DNA of 64,000 bases. Origin: Gemmatimonadota bacterium (lineage in GTDB: Bacteria; Gemmatimonadota; Gemmatimonadetes; Palauibacterales; Palauibacteraceae). The notes beneath the pieces are model-generated. The model saw only the letters and a list, made by a program, of their open reading frames with translations, had not been told where the DNA came from and ran no database searches. Within the stretch, counting starts at the first letter, position 1. Each line of letters starts with the position of its first letter. The translations under genes and the position numbers were made by a program. Positions 9,540 to 20,358 of the stretch are shown one piece after another. The stretch covers positions 3,712,001 through 3,776,000 of the forward strand of contig OY762926.1 of NCBI GenBank assembly GCA_963666735.1, given 5' to 3'.

Positions 9540-12247
9540 AGGCGGACGAACTCCGGCGGAGTTTCATCTCCTATTTCGAGCGGCAGGGGCACGAGCATCG
9601 GCCCAGCGGCCCGCTGGTCCCTGCGGATGATCCGACGCTCATGTTCACGAATGCCGGGATGGTGCAGTTCAAGGGCATCTTCACGGGAGAGGCGGAACGC
9701 CCGAGTCCCCCGCGCGCGGTCACGTCACAGAAATGTCTCCGCGTCAGCGGCAAGCACAACGACCTCGAGGAAGTGGGGCGGACCGCCCGCCACCACACCT
9801 TCTTCGAGATGCTCGGGAACTTCTCCTTCGGCGACTACTTCAAGCGCGACGCGATCGCCTTTGCCTGGGAGTGGGTGACCGGGGACCTCGGCCTGGAACC
9901 CGACCGCCTGTGGGCCACGGTTCACCACGACGACGATGACGCGTTCGACCTCTGGCTGGAACTGACCTCGATCCCGGAATCGCGGATCCGGCGCATGGGG
10001 GACAAGGACAACTTCTGGCAGATGGGCGACACGGGTCCGTGCGGCCCCTGCTCCGAGTTGCACTACGACCTGCGCACGGAACACGACGACGGCATCACCG
10101 ACGCGCAGTTCGAGGCAGCGGGCGAGGCGGACGCGATCATCGAGTTCTGGAATCTCGTCTTCATGCAGTTCGACCGCGCGCCGGACGGGACGGACACGCC
10201 GCTCCCCGCGCCCTCGATCGATACGGGGGCGGGACTCGAGCGGATCGCGGCGCTGCTGCAGGGCGTGGGGACGAACTACCACACGGACCTCTTCCTCCCG
10301 ATCATCGAAGCGGCCGAGGACGGACTCGGGCTCCCGTATTCGCGGGCGGCCGAGGACTGGGAGGACGGCGTCGCCTTCCGCGTCCTGGCGGATCACGCCC
10401 GGGCCGTGGCGTTCCTGCTCGCCGACGGCGTCTTCCCCTCGAACGAGAAGCGGGGATACGTGCTGCGGCGGATCCTGCGCCGGGGGGTCCGGCACTACTG
10501 GCTCCTCGGCCGGCGCGACCCGCTCCTGCACGACCTCGTGGGCGTCGTGGCGGACCGCATGCCGGGCACGTTCCCCGAACTGGAGACGCGCCGGGAGCAC
10601 CTGCTTTCGACGACGCGGGCGGAGGAGGAACTCTTTCTCTCGACCATCGAGGGCGGCATGCGCGAGATCGACCGCGCGATGCCCGAGAGAGGTTCGGGCA
10701 CGGTCGCGGGCGGCGTCGCGTTCAAACTCAAGGACACGTACGGCATCCCCGAGGATCTGACCGGCCTCATCGCGCGCGAACGCGGTTACAACGTCGACTG
10801 GGAGGGTTTCAACGAAGCGCTCGAGGCCCAGCGCACCCGCTCTCGGGGTGTCGTCGAATCGAAGGGCGGTGTCACCGCCGCCGCGGAGTTCGGGGGCGGT
10901 CTCACGGTCATCCCGGCCGCCGGGAATGCCGGAGATGCGAGACAGGAATTCGTGGGTTACCGGGACCTGGAGATCGAGACGGACTGCCGGCGCTGGGCTC
11001 GGGACGGGCGCCACGCGTTCCTTCTCGAGCGGAACCCCTTCTACCTGGAGAGCGGGGGGCAGGTCTCCGATACCGGGCGGGTCGTGGGGGACGGCTGGGC
11101 GGTCGACATCTCCGCCGTCTGGGGCGCCGACGGGCGGACGGTGGTCGCCGGATCGCTGGCCGCGGGCTCGCTGCCCGAAGCCGACGGCGTGGTCGAGGAC
11201 TACGTGTGCGCGCAGGTGGATCCGGCGCGGCGAGAGACGGAGCGGAACCACACGGCGACGCACCTGTTGCACGCCGCGCTTCGCAACCGGCTGGGCGAGC
11301 ATGTGCAGCAGGCCGGATCCCTCGTGGCCCCGGACCGGCTTCGCTTCGACTTCAGCCACAGGGGTCCGCTGACCCCGGAGGAACGGTCGGACATCGAGGC
11401 GGAGGTGACGGAGGCGATCCTCGGAAACCGGGACGTCGATGCGTCGCAACGCGACTATGACGAGGCGATCGCGGCCGGGGCCATGGCCCTGTTCGGAGAG
11501 AAGTACGGCGACATCGTGCGCGTGATCGAGGTTCCGGGACTCAGCCTGGAGCTGTGCGGCGGCACGCACGTCCGCACGACGGGCCAGATCGGGACGTTCC
11601 GGATCGTGTCCGAGACGGGCGTCGCGGCGGGGATCCGGCGCATCGAAGCGGTGACGGGGCAGGGGGCTTACCGGCGCGAGCTGGAGAGGGACCGGCTCCT
11701 CGCCGAACTGGCCGCGCGGCTGCGCTGCCAGCCGTCGGACCTGGCGGCGCGCATGGACCGGATCCTCGAACAACACGAGGCCCTCGCAGAAGAAGTGCGG
11801 GGCCGGCGAGGCGATGCCGCGGAGCGTCAACTGGAGACGCTGCTCGCTCGCGCGGCGGCGCCGGGCGCGGGAGACGCCGCGGACGCGGGGAACGCGAACA
11901 GCGCCCGTTTCGTGTCGGGGCGCCTGGAAGTGCCGGCGGGGACGGACCTCGGGGCGCTCGGCGATCGCCTGCGCGGCGGGATGGGGTCGGGCGCCGCCGT
12001 CGTTCACGTCGTGTTCCCGGACGAGGACCGTCACGCGTTCATCTCCGTCGTTTCCGACGACCTCATCCGGCTGGGCGTGAAGGCCGGAGACCTCGTCCGC
12101 GTTTCGAGCCGGGCAACGGGTTCCGGCGGAGGCGGGAGCGCGCGTTTCGCGCAGGGGGGCGTGGGCGATCCGTCGCGGACCGAAGACGGGCTCGGGGCGG
12201 CCCGGGCCTGGGCGTCCGAGCGGGTGCCCGCGTTGGGCAGTGGCTGA
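9536..12247 (+). CDS. alaS: Alanine--tRNA ligase
   Basis: DDPTLMFTNAGMVQFK, RHHTFFEMLGNFSFGDYFK, NHTATHLLH, ELCGGTHV. Confidence 0.99.
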   Translation: MKADELRRSFISYFERQGHEHRPSGPLVPADDPTLMFTNAGMVQFKGIFTGEAERPSPPRAVTSQKCLRVSGKHNDLEEVGRTARHHTFFEMLGNFSFGDYFKRDAIAFAWEWVTGDLGLEPDRLWATVHHDDDDAFDLWLELTSIPESRIRRMGDKDNFWQMGDTGPCGPCSELHYDLRTEHDDGITDAQFEAAGEADAIIEFWNLVFMQFDRAPDGTDTPLPAPSIDTGAGLERIAALLQGVGTNYHTDLFLPIIEAAEDGLGLPYSRAAEDWEDGVAFRVLADHARAVAFLLADGVFPSNEKRGYVLRRILRRGVRHYWLLGRRDPLLHDLVGVVADRMPGTFPELETRREHLLSTTRAEEELFLSTIEGGMREIDRAMPERGSGTVAGGVAFKLKDTYGIPEDLTGLIARERGYNVDWEGFNEALEAQRTRSRGVVESKGGVTAAAEFGGGLTVIPAAGNAGDARQEFVGYRDLEIETDCRRWARDGRHAFLLERNPFYLESGGQVSDTGRVVGDGWAVDISAVWGADGRTVVAGSLAAGSLPEADGVVEDYVCAQVDPARRETERNHTATHLLHAALRNRLGEHVQQAGSLVAPDRLRFDFSHRGPLTPEERSDIEAEVTEAILGNRDVDASQRDYDEAIAAGAMALFGEKYGDIVRVIEVPGLSLELCGGTHVRTTGQIGTFRIVSETGVAAGIRRIEAVTGQGAYRRELERDRLLAELAARLRCQPSDLAARMDRILEQHEALAEEVRGRRGDAAERQLETLLARAAAPGAGDAADAGNANSARFVSGRLEVPAGTDLGALGDRLRGGMGSGAAVVHVVFPDEDRHAFISVVSDDLIRLGVKAGDLVRVSSRATGSGGGGSARFAQGGVGDPSRTEDGLGAARAWASERVPALGSG

Positions 12248-12641
12248 CGTGCCGGCCGAACCCGGCCGTCTCACGCTCGAGGCGTGGTTCACGCGGCGGC
12301 TTGAGGAGGCTCCGGCGGAACTGGCGGAAGCGGTGTGGCCGCTGGTCCGGGGACGCCTGGCGGAGGGCGAGGAGGGACTCGTCCACGCGGCGCTCGACGC
12401 TCTGGCGATCGCCGCGCACGGCGCGGCGGACGGAGCGCCGAACCGCGCGGAGGCGGTCACCCTGCTCGCCGCGGACGCGATTCTCACCTATGCGCTCGAA
12501 GCAGCCGCGGATCCGGCCCTGGGCGGGAGCGCGGCGCGAGCCATCCGCCTCGCCGAGTGGGCGGGCCCGCGCGGCCTGATCGGTGACCGATTCAACGAAG
12601 AAGAGACGGCAGGGGATGACACGGAGATGACGGGGAGATGA
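12240..12641 (+). CDS. Hypothetical protein
   Basis: Overlaps alaS stop, protein-like composition (LLAADAILTYALE), fills the gap to the next gene. Confidence 0.65.
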   Translation: MADVPAEPGRLTLEAWFTRRLEEAPAELAEAVWPLVRGRLAEGEEGLVHAALDALAIAAHGAADGAPNRAEAVTLLAADAILTYALEAAADPALGGSAARAIRLAEWAGPRGLIGDRFNEEETAGDDTEMTGR

Positions 12642-12648
12642 TACGGAG

Positions 12649-13437
12649 ATGACGGAGTCCTCGAGCGGCCCGGGGTTGCCCGGCCTCGCGGGCAAGCGCG
12701 TGCTCGTCACCGGAGGTTCGCGCGGGATCGGGCGCGCCACCGTAAGGTGCCTCGCGGCGTCCGGTGCTTCCGTCGGCATCGCCTACCATCGGGCGGAGGC
12801 CGAGGCGCGGCGGGCCATCGAGGAGGCCCGCTCGCTGGCCCCGGACGGGCGCCACTGGCGTGCCGGCGCGGATCTGGCCGACCCCGCGGAGTGCCGGACC
12901 CTGTTCGAGCGCGCCGACGCCGAGTTCGGCGGGCTGGACGGGTTCGTGGGCAACGCGGGGATCTGGAACGTGGACCCGCGGCCCATCGAGTCGCTCGAAG
13001 CGGACGAGTGGCGCCGCATGATCGAGACGAACCTTACGTCGATCTATGCGAGCACGCGCGAGGCCGCGCTTCGCCTGCCGGCGGGCGGGAGCATCGTCCT
13101 CGTCTCCTCGACGGCCTCCCAGCGCGGAGAGGCGGAGCACAGCCATTACGCCGCGTCGAAGGGGGCGATCAACGCGTTCTGCAAGTCGGTCGCGACCGAA
13201 CTCGGTCCGAGGTCGATCAACGTGAACGCCGTCGCCCCCGGCTGGGTCGACACGGACATGTCCGCGCCGGCGCTTCAGGGAGATGCCGGTCGCGCCGCGC
13301 TGACCCTCATTCCGCTCGGGCGCGTCGCCACCGCCGAGGACATCGCGGGGCCCATCTGTTTCCTCCTCTCCGACGCGGCCCGGCACATCACGGGAGAGAT
13401 CCTCAACGTGAACGGCGGCAGCGTGCTGTGCGGCTGA
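12649..13437 (+). CDS. SDR family oxidoreductase (FabG-like)
   Basis: VTGGSRGIG, NAG, YAASK catalytic motif, VAPGWVDTDM. Confidence 0.93.
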   Translation: MTESSSGPGLPGLAGKRVLVTGGSRGIGRATVRCLAASGASVGIAYHRAEAEARRAIEEARSLAPDGRHWRAGADLADPAECRTLFERADAEFGGLDGFVGNAGIWNVDPRPIESLEADEWRRMIETNLTSIYASTREAALRLPAGGSIVLVSSTASQRGEAEHSHYAASKGAINAFCKSVATELGPRSINVNAVAPGWVDTDMSAPALQGDAGRAALTLIPLGRVATAEDIAGPICFLLSDAARHITGEILNVNGGSVLCG

Positions 13438-13444
13438 GAACGTC

Positions 13445-14833
13445 GTGAGCGCGATCGATCCGGGTCGATTCTCCCCGCCGCCCGGGTTTTCCCGCACCGC
13501 GGAACGGCTCGAAGCCGCGGGTTTCGAGGCCTGGGCCGTGGGCGGTGCGATCCGCGACGCCTACGTCCGCCAGATCGGTCGGCCCGGCGACTTGGCCGAG
13601 CCGGCCGAGCCAGAGCCGAACTGGGAGGACCTCACGACGGACGCGCGGCCGGACGACGTCATGCGGCTCTTTCCGCGCACCGTCCCGGTGGGCCTGTCGC
13701 ACGGGACGGTGAAGGTGCTCGATGGGGACGACGGGTACGAGGTGACGACTTTCCGGTGCGATGTCGAGACGGATGGCCGCCACGCGCGGGTGGCCTTCGC
13801 CGACTCCATCGGGGAGGACCTGAGCCGCCGGGACTTCACGGCGAACGCGATCGCCTGGCGGCCCGCCTCGGGCGAGGTGCGCGACGAGTGGGGCGGCGCG
13901 GAGGACATCGAAGACGGGATCCTGCGCGCCGTGGGAGACCCCGGTGCGCGCTTCCGCGAGGACTACCTGCGCATCCTGCGCGGCTTCCGGTTCGCGGGAC
14001 GATTCGAGTGGGCGGTGGAGGCGCGCACGGACGAAGCGATGCGGGAGGCCGTGGGCGGCCTGGCCGGGCTGTCGGCCGAGCGCGTGCGGGAAGAGTTGCT
14101 CAAGGTCATGGCGGATCCGAAGCCTTCGGCCGCGCTGCACCTGTACGCGGCCTGCGGGGCGCTGGGCCACTGGTATCCGGAGCTGCTGGGAATCGCGGCC
14201 GCCGGCGACGCGTGGAGATCCGCGCTCGGCGCCGTCGATGCGGCCCCGGCGCAGACCGCCAATGTGCGCCTGGCGAGTCTGCTCGTATCCGCCTCCGACA
14301 CGCCCGAGGGCCGGGCCGAAGCCGCCGAGTCGCTGCTGTTCCGGCTCAAGTTCTCCAACGCGGATCGGCGCTACGTCACCCGGCTCGCGCGGCTGTACCT
14401 CCCCTTCGTGGGCGCCATGGACTCCGCAGCGGAGCACCGACGCTGGCTCGCATCGGTCGGCGACGCGTGGCAGGATCTGTTCGCGCTCCACTTCGCCGTC
14501 GCCCGCGCCGCGGGAGAGACGCGGGCGGAGCGCTACCTGGAGGCGACGCGGGAGTGCGTGCGGGAAGAGCGCGACGGAGACCCGCCTCTCGATCTCGCGA
14601 GTCTCGCCCTCAAGGGAGACGACCTCCTCGAGCTCGGCATGTCGCCGGGTCCGCTCGTTCGGATGCTGCTGGAGGAGTTGCTCGAACAGGTCATCGAAGA
14701 CCCCGGCCGCAACGAGCACGAGTCGCTCCTCGAAGAGGCCCGCCGGCTGATCGAGATCGGCTCGCTCGCGGAGGCTTCCCGGCCGCTCGACGCCCCCGCC
14801 GCCGGCAACGGGCTGCCCGGCGCCGATGACTGA
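13445..14833 (+). CDS. cca: CCA tRNA nucleotidyltransferase / poly(A) polymerase family
   Basis: VGGAIRD, EVTTFR, DLSRRDFTANA, RFREDYLRILR, SAERVREE. Confidence 0.88.
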   Translation: MSAIDPGRFSPPPGFSRTAERLEAAGFEAWAVGGAIRDAYVRQIGRPGDLAEPAEPEPNWEDLTTDARPDDVMRLFPRTVPVGLSHGTVKVLDGDDGYEVTTFRCDVETDGRHARVAFADSIGEDLSRRDFTANAIAWRPASGEVRDEWGGAEDIEDGILRAVGDPGARFREDYLRILRGFRFAGRFEWAVEARTDEAMREAVGGLAGLSAERVREELLKVMADPKPSAALHLYAACGALGHWYPELLGIAAAGDAWRSALGAVDAAPAQTANVRLASLLVSASDTPEGRAEAAESLLFRLKFSNADRRYVTRLARLYLPFVGAMDSAAEHRRWLASVGDAWQDLFALHFAVARAAGETRAERYLEATRECVREERDGDPPLDLASLALKGDDLLELGMSPGPLVRMLLEELLEQVIEDPGRNEHESLLEEARRLIEIGSLAEASRPLDAPAAGNGLPGADD

Positions 14834-16256
14834 CGAGCCGAGCCTCTTCGCCGGCGCGGAACCGGGACTCGGGTTCGCGGGTGCCGCGGATGCCGCCGGG
14901 CCGGGCCGGGCCGCCGCCGCGCGACCTGCCAATTTGGCGGATTCGCCGCTCGCCGCCCGCATGCGGCCGCGGACGCTGGAGGAGTTCGTCGGACAGCCGA
15001 AGCTCGTGGGCGAGCGCCGGCCCCTGCGCCAACTCATGGAGAGCGGACGCGTCCCGAGCCTCATCTTCTGGGGCCCGCCGGGCACTGGTAAGACCACCCT
15101 CGCCGGCCTGCTCGCCAGCCGGATGGCAGCCGCGTTCATCCCCTTCTCCGCGGTGACCGACGGCATCCCCCGCGTCCGCCGCGTTCTGGAAGAGGCGAAG
15201 GCGCGCCGCGCCGCGACCGGCCGCGGCACCGTCCTCTTCGTCGATGAGATCCACCGCTTCAACCGGGCGCAGCAGGATGCCCTCCTCCCGCACGTCGAGC
15301 GCGGCGCCGTCACCCTCATCGGGGCCACGACGGAGAACCCCAGCTTCGAGGTCGTCGGTCCGCTGCTGTCCCGCACACGCGTCTTCGTCCTCGAGCCGCT
15401 GGCGCCGGAAGACGTCGCGGAGATCTGCGCCCGCGCGCTGCGGGACCGGGAGCGCGGACTCGGAGACAGCGGCCTCTCCATCGATGAGGACGCCCTGGCC
15501 CGGCTCGGGATCGAGGCGGACGGGGACGCCCGCCGCGCCCTCAACGCGCTCGAGACGGCGGCGGATCTGGCCGGCGTGGACGATCTCGCCGCGATCTCGG
15601 CGGGTCACGTGGCGGCCGCGCTGCAGAAACGGCTTGCCCGTTACGACAAGTCGGGCGAGGAGCACTTCAACCTCATCTCCGCCCTGCACAAAGCCGTGCG
15701 CGGCTCGGACGTGGACGCGGCGCTCTACTGGCTCGCGCGGATGCTGGACGGCGGCGAGGATCCCATGTACCTGGCCCGCCGCATCGTGCGCATGGCCGCC
15801 GAGGATGTCGGACTCGCGGATCCCGGCGCGCTGGCGGTCACGATCGCGGCGCGCGACGCGTACCACTTTCTCGGCAGCCCCGAAGGCGACTTGGCCCTGG
15901 CCCAGGCGGTCACCTACCTGGCCATCGTCCCGAAGTCGAACGCCGTCTACCGGGCGTTCGGCGCCGCTGCCCGGGCGGCGCGCGAAACGCCGGCCGACCC
16001 CGTCCCGTTCCATATTCGAAACGCGCCCACGCGGCTCATGAAGGAACTCGGGTACGGATCGGGGTATCGCTACGATCACGATGAGGAAGACGGCGTGGCC
16101 GCCCAGTCCTACCTTCCCGAGTCGCTGCGCGGAAGCCGCTGGTACGATCCCGTGGCGCGCGGCTGGGAAGTGAACGCGAGGCGCCGGCTCGAAGCGATCC
16201 GCGGCAGCCGGGCGCGCGCCGCGGACGAAATGGAGGAGGATCGATCGACGGAGTGA
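14826..16256 (+). CDS. rarA: Replication-associated recombination protein A (MgsA)
   Basis: PLAARMRP, WGPPGTGKTT, DEIHRFN..QQD, ATTENPSF, ISALHKAVRGSD. Confidence 0.96.
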   Translation: MTDEPSLFAGAEPGLGFAGAADAAGPGRAAAARPANLADSPLAARMRPRTLEEFVGQPKLVGERRPLRQLMESGRVPSLIFWGPPGTGKTTLAGLLASRMAAAFIPFSAVTDGIPRVRRVLEEAKARRAATGRGTVLFVDEIHRFNRAQQDALLPHVERGAVTLIGATTENPSFEVVGPLLSRTRVFVLEPLAPEDVAEICARALRDRERGLGDSGLSIDEDALARLGIEADGDARRALNALETAADLAGVDDLAAISAGHVAAALQKRLARYDKSGEEHFNLISALHKAVRGSDVDAALYWLARMLDGGEDPMYLARRIVRMAAEDVGLADPGALAVTIAARDAYHFLGSPEGDLALAQAVTYLAIVPKSNAVYRAFGAAARAARETPADPVPFHIRNAPTRLMKELGYGSGYRYDHDEEDGVAAQSYLPESLRGSRWYDPVARGWEVNARRRLEAIRGSRARAADEMEEDRSTE

Positions 16257-17539
16257 CTTCGGATCGGATGGCGGAGCGCGCGGTTCTCGTGGGCGCGCCG
16301 CCGCCCGACATGCCCCAGGAGACGGTGGACGAACACCTCGAGGAACTCGCCCGCCTCGCGGCGACGGCGGGAGCCGATGTCCGGGGCTCGGTCGTCCAGC
16401 GTCTGCGCAGGCCGAACGCCTCGACCTTCATCGGCAAGGGAAAGGTGGAACGCCTGGCGCACGCGCTCCGCGAGCACGACGCGACGCTCGCCATCTTCGA
16501 CGAGGAACTCACGCCCGCCCAGGGGGCGAATCTCGAAGCGGCGCTGGGCGTGCGCGCGCTCGACCGGACCGAACTCATCCTCGACATCTTCGCGCTCCGG
16601 GCCCGGACCTCGGAAGCGAAGCTTCAGGTCGAACTCGCCCAGCTTCAGTACATGCGGACGCGGCTGAAGCGGATGTGGACCCACCTCTCGCGGGAAGGCG
16701 GGGGCATCGGCGCGCGCGGGCCCGGGGAGCAGCAGATCGAGACCGACCGCCGGCTCATCGACCGGCGCCTGGCCCGGCTGCGGCGCAAGCTCGACCACAT
16801 CGCGCGGGCGCGGGTCACGCAGCGCCGGGCACGGAGCGAGCAGTTCACCGTGGCGCTCACGGGCTACACGAATGCGGGCAAGTCCTCCATCCTGCGCGGC
16901 CTCTCGGGCTCGGATGTCTTCGTGGAGGACCGGCTGTTCGCGACGGTGGACTCGACGACCCGGGTTTGCGATCTCGAGGGTCCGGGTCCGATCCTCCTCA
17001 CCGACACCGTCGGGTTCATCCGGAAGCTGCCGCATCATCTCGTGGCGTCCTTCCGGGCGACGATGGAGGAACTCGCCGAGGCCGACCTCCTGCTGCACGT
17101 GATCGATGCCTCGTCGGCGAGCCGGGACGCGCAGCGAGAGGCCGTGGAGGGAGTGCTGGCGGAGGCCGGCGCGGCGGATCGCCCGGTGGTCGAGGTCTTC
17201 AACAAGATCGATCGGCTCACGCACGAGGAGGAGCGCGCGCTGCGCGAGCGGGCCGCGGCGGACGGACGGCCGCACGTCCTGACGTCGATCATGGAGCGGG
17301 GCGGGCTGCAGCCGTTGCGCGAGGCCCTTCAGGCCACGATGCGGGCCCGCCTCGAGACGGTGCGGGTGAGCCTGCCCGCCGGTGACGGCGCACGGCTCGC
17401 CGAGGCGTACCGGGAGGGCGAGGTGCTGGAGCGCGCGTACGAAGCCGGGTGTGTGGTCATCGTGGCCCGCGTACCCGTCGCGGTGGCCGGCCGCTGGCGG
17501 GAGAGCGGTTTGGCCGTGGAGCAGGCCGACGCCGCCTGA
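16253..17539 (+). CDS. hflX: GTPase HflX
   Basis: [44 protein letters not shown]. Confidence 0.97.
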   Translation: MTSDRMAERAVLVGAPPPDMPQETVDEHLEELARLAATAGADVRGSVVQRLRRPNASTFIGKGKVERLAHALREHDATLAIFDEELTPAQGANLEAALGVRALDRTELILDIFALRARTSEAKLQVELAQLQYMRTRLKRMWTHLSREGGGIGARGPGEQQIETDRRLIDRRLARLRRKLDHIARARVTQRRARSEQFTVALTGYTNAGKSSILRGLSGSDVFVEDRLFATVDSTTRVCDLEGPGPILLTDTVGFIRKLPHHLVASFRATMEELAEADLLLHVIDASSASRDAQREAVEGVLAEAGAADRPVVEVFNKIDRLTHEEERALRERAAADGRPHVLTSIMERGGLQPLREALQATMRARLETVRVSLPAGDGARLAEAYREGEVLERAYEAGCVVIVARVPVAVAGRWRESGLAVEQADAA

Positions 17540-17574
17540 GGGGCGGACCGTCGAGCCGAAAACGGGAGCAAGCC

Positions 17575-18330
17575 ATGGCGAACAGCAGCTTCTCGCACCT
17601 GATCGATTGCCGGCTCTGCGTGAACATCGATCACGTGGCGACCGTCCGGCAGGCGCGCGGCACGGACGAACCCGATCCGGTGAGGGCCGCCGTGCTCGCA
17701 GAACTCGGCGGCGCGAACGGGATCACGGTGCACCTGCGCGAGGATCGCCGTCACATCCAGGACCGCGACGTGGAACTTCTGCTGGGGATTGTCCGCACGT
17801 TCGTCAACCTCGAACTCGCGGCCGAGGAGGAGGTGCTCGCCCTCGCCGAACGCTGGCGGCCGGCGCAGGCCACGCTCGTCCCCGAGAAGAGGGAGGAACT
17901 GACGACGGAAGGCGGGCTGGACCTGTCCGCCGATCCGGCCCGCATCGCCGCCGCCGTGGCGCGGCTGCAGGACGCCGGGATCCGCACCTCGCTCTTCATC
18001 GATCCCGATCCCGCGGCCGTCGATGGCTCGACCGAGGCGGGCGCCGCCGCGATCGAACTCCACACCGGCGAATACGCCAACGCCGCGGACCAGGCGGCCG
18101 CCGACCACGAACTCGCGCGGCTGGAGGACGCGGCGGCCCGGGCCGAAGCCGCCGGCCTCGGCGTGCACGCCGGACACGGGCTCACCTATGAGAACGTCCA
18201 GCCGGTGGCGGCGATCGCCGAGTGCGAGGAACTCAACATCGGCCACTCGATCGTGAGCCGCTCGGTGCTCGTGGGGATGGAGCGGGCGGTGCTCGAGATG
18301 TTGGAACTCGTGCGCGAGGCGCGCGGGTGA
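17575..18330 (+). CDS. pdxJ: Pyridoxine 5'-phosphate synthase
   Basis: [52 protein letters not shown]. Confidence 0.97.
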   Translation: MANSSFSHLIDCRLCVNIDHVATVRQARGTDEPDPVRAAVLAELGGANGITVHLREDRRHIQDRDVELLLGIVRTFVNLELAAEEEVLALAERWRPAQATLVPEKREELTTEGGLDLSADPARIAAAVARLQDAGIRTSLFIDPDPAAVDGSTEAGAAAIELHTGEYANAADQAAADHELARLEDAAARAEAAGLGVHAGHGLTYENVQPVAAIAECEELNIGHSIVSRSVLVGMERAVLEMLELVREARG

Positions 18331-19346
18331 GAGGCCGTCTCACAGTCCTCATCGGCGTGCTCGTCTCCGTCGCGCTCCTCGTCTGGGCGCTGCGGGACGT
18401 CTCGGCCGCCGAACTCCTGAGACACCTGGGCGAGGCGAACGTCTGGCTGCTGCTGGCCGCGACCGTCGTCGCCACGCTCACCTTCAACATCCGCGCGATG
18501 CGGTGGCAGACCCTCCTCCGCGCCTCCAACGGGGATCTTCCGTTCAGTTCGCGGTATGCGGCTGTGTGCATCGGCTTCATGGCGAACAACGTGCTGCCCG
18601 GCAGGCTCGGAGAGTTCGCCCGCGCCTACTCGCTGTCGCGGATCACCCCGGTGCCGCTGACCGCGGCGCTGGCCTCGCTCATCGTGGAGCGCCTGCTCGA
18701 CGCGATCGTCCTCATGGTCTTCCTCGTCCCCGCCTTCTTCATCGTCGGGGTCGACGAAGCCGCCTCCGGGACGCTGCGGGACCTGTTCACGGTGGGGGTC
18801 ATCCTCGTCAGCGCGAGTTTGATCGCGCTCGCCGTGCTCGTCCGCTTCCCCAACCGCTTCCTCCGCATGGCGGCCAAATGGTCTCACCGGCTCGCGCCCG
18901 ACCGCGTCGCCGACCGGATGACGGACGTGCTTTCCGCTTTTGTCGATGGTCTCGGGGCGCTGCGTCACGCGCACGTCTTCGCCCGCGCGATGCTGTGGTC
19001 GTTCGCCGTGTGGGGCTGGAACGCCGTCTCGTTCTTTCTCGGGTTTCTCGCCTTCGACATCGTGAGACCCGGGTTTCTCGGCGCGCTCGTCCTCCAGACG
19101 ACGATCAGCTTCGCCGTCGCGATTCCGTCGACGCCGGGGTTCTTCGGACCGTTCGAGACGGCGGCCCGCGTCGCGCTCGAACTCCACCAGATCGAGCCGG
19201 CGCGGATCATCAGCTTCGCCGCGGGCTACCACATCCTCACCTTCCTGCCCATCACGGTGCTGGGGATCTTGTACATGCGACGCCTCGGGATCAGCCGCCG
19301 CGAACTGGGACGAAGCGAGGCTCCGCCGCCGGAGACCTCGGAGTGA
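18327..19346 (+). CDS. Lysylphosphatidylglycerol synthase TM / UPF0104 flippase-like membrane protein
   Basis: [35 protein letters not shown]; multiple TMs. Confidence 0.88.
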   Translation: MRGRLTVLIGVLVSVALLVWALRDVSAAELLRHLGEANVWLLLAATVVATLTFNIRAMRWQTLLRASNGDLPFSSRYAAVCIGFMANNVLPGRLGEFARAYSLSRITPVPLTAALASLIVERLLDAIVLMVFLVPAFFIVGVDEAASGTLRDLFTVGVILVSASLIALAVLVRFPNRFLRMAAKWSHRLAPDRVADRMTDVLSAFVDGLGALRHAHVFARAMLWSFAVWGWNAVSFFLGFLAFDIVRPGFLGALVLQTTISFAVAIPSTPGFFGPFETAARVALELHQIEPARIISFAAGYHILTFLPITVLGILYMRRLGISRRELGRSEAPPPETSE

Positions 19347-20323
19347 CGGCGGCCGGAGAGGTGACGGCCGACGGAGAGGTGACGGCCGGCGTGGAGATAG
19401 CGGCCGGCGTGGAGATCGGGACGGCGGAAGCGCGCGCGAAGGTCAACCTGCGCCTGCGCGTCTTCGCCCGGGACGAAACGGGCTTTCACGGCGTCGAGAC
19501 GGTGCTCGCCCGCACGAGCCTGTCCGACACCGTGAGGCTCTTCAAGGCCGGGTCCGATGGGGGCCGGTCCAAGGGCGCCGGGGGGCGCGGTGTCACCCTC
19601 TCCGTCGATGGGCCGCTGGCGGATGGCGTGCCCGAAGGCCCGGACAACCTGTGCCGGCGGGCGGCGGAGCGTTTCCTGGACCGCGCGTTCGGACGGCGGG
19701 GACGGCCTGCCGTACACATCCGGCTCACCAAGCGGATTCCGATGGGCAGCGGACTCGGCGGAGGGAGCGCGGACGCGGGCGCGACGCTCCGCCTGCTCGC
19801 CGACCGCTGGCCCCGTCTGGACGAGAGCGAACTCCTGGCGCTCGCCGGCGAGATCGGCAGCGACGTGCCGTTCGCTCTCCTCGGCGTGCCGATGGCGCTG
19901 GGCTGGGAGCGCGGCCGCCGGCTCCTCCCGCTACGCCCTCCGCGGCCTCGTCACGCGCTGCTGGTCTGCCCCCCGATTCATGTCGCCACCCCCGACGCGT
20001 ACCGTTGGCTCGGCCGCACGGGCGAGGACGCCGGCGCCGCCTCCGTGCTGCCCGGCACGACGCGGCTGGCGGAGTGGGATTCCCTCGAGCGCCTGGCCCG
20101 AAACGACCTCGAGGCCCCCGTCCTCGCCCGGCACCCGGAACTGTCGGAACTGCTCGCCCGGCTTCGCGCGTGCGACCCGGCTATGGCCGCGATGACGGGA
20201 TCGGGCTCGACGCTGTTCGCAACCTTCCGCGACGCCGAAGAGCGCGCCCGCGCCCGCCGAACGCTGGCCGCCCCGGAACGCGCGGGAAGTCTCCGAATCC
20301 TTGACGCCTCACTCCCCGCCTGA
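19343..20323 (+). CDS. ispE: 4-diphosphocytidyl-2-C-methyl-D-erythritol kinase
   Basis: AKVNLRL, KRIPMGSGLGGGSADA, GSDVPF, NDLE, MTGSGS; N-terminal 18-bp repeats make the start uncertain. Confidence 0.93.
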   Translation: MTAAGEVTADGEVTAGVEIAAGVEIGTAEARAKVNLRLRVFARDETGFHGVETVLARTSLSDTVRLFKAGSDGGRSKGAGGRGVTLSVDGPLADGVPEGPDNLCRRAAERFLDRAFGRRGRPAVHIRLTKRIPMGSGLGGGSADAGATLRLLADRWPRLDESELLALAGEIGSDVPFALLGVPMALGWERGRRLLPLRPPRPRHALLVCPPIHVATPDAYRWLGRTGEDAGAASVLPGTTRLAEWDSLERLARNDLEAPVLARHPELSELLARLRACDPAMAAMTGSGSTLFATFRDAEERARARRTLAAPERAGSLRILDASLPA

Positions 20324-20358
20324 GCCAGCGCCCGAACCGCGGCAAATAGACTGACTCC

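Noticed and set aside
9725..12487. Very long antisense/alternate-frame ORFs (e.g. 920 aa opposite alaS, 979 aa opposite smc, 905 aa opposite the ABC operon)
   Set aside because: Shadow ORFs expected in ~70% GC DNA; Arg/Pro/Gly-rich with no motifs, and they overlap well-supported genes
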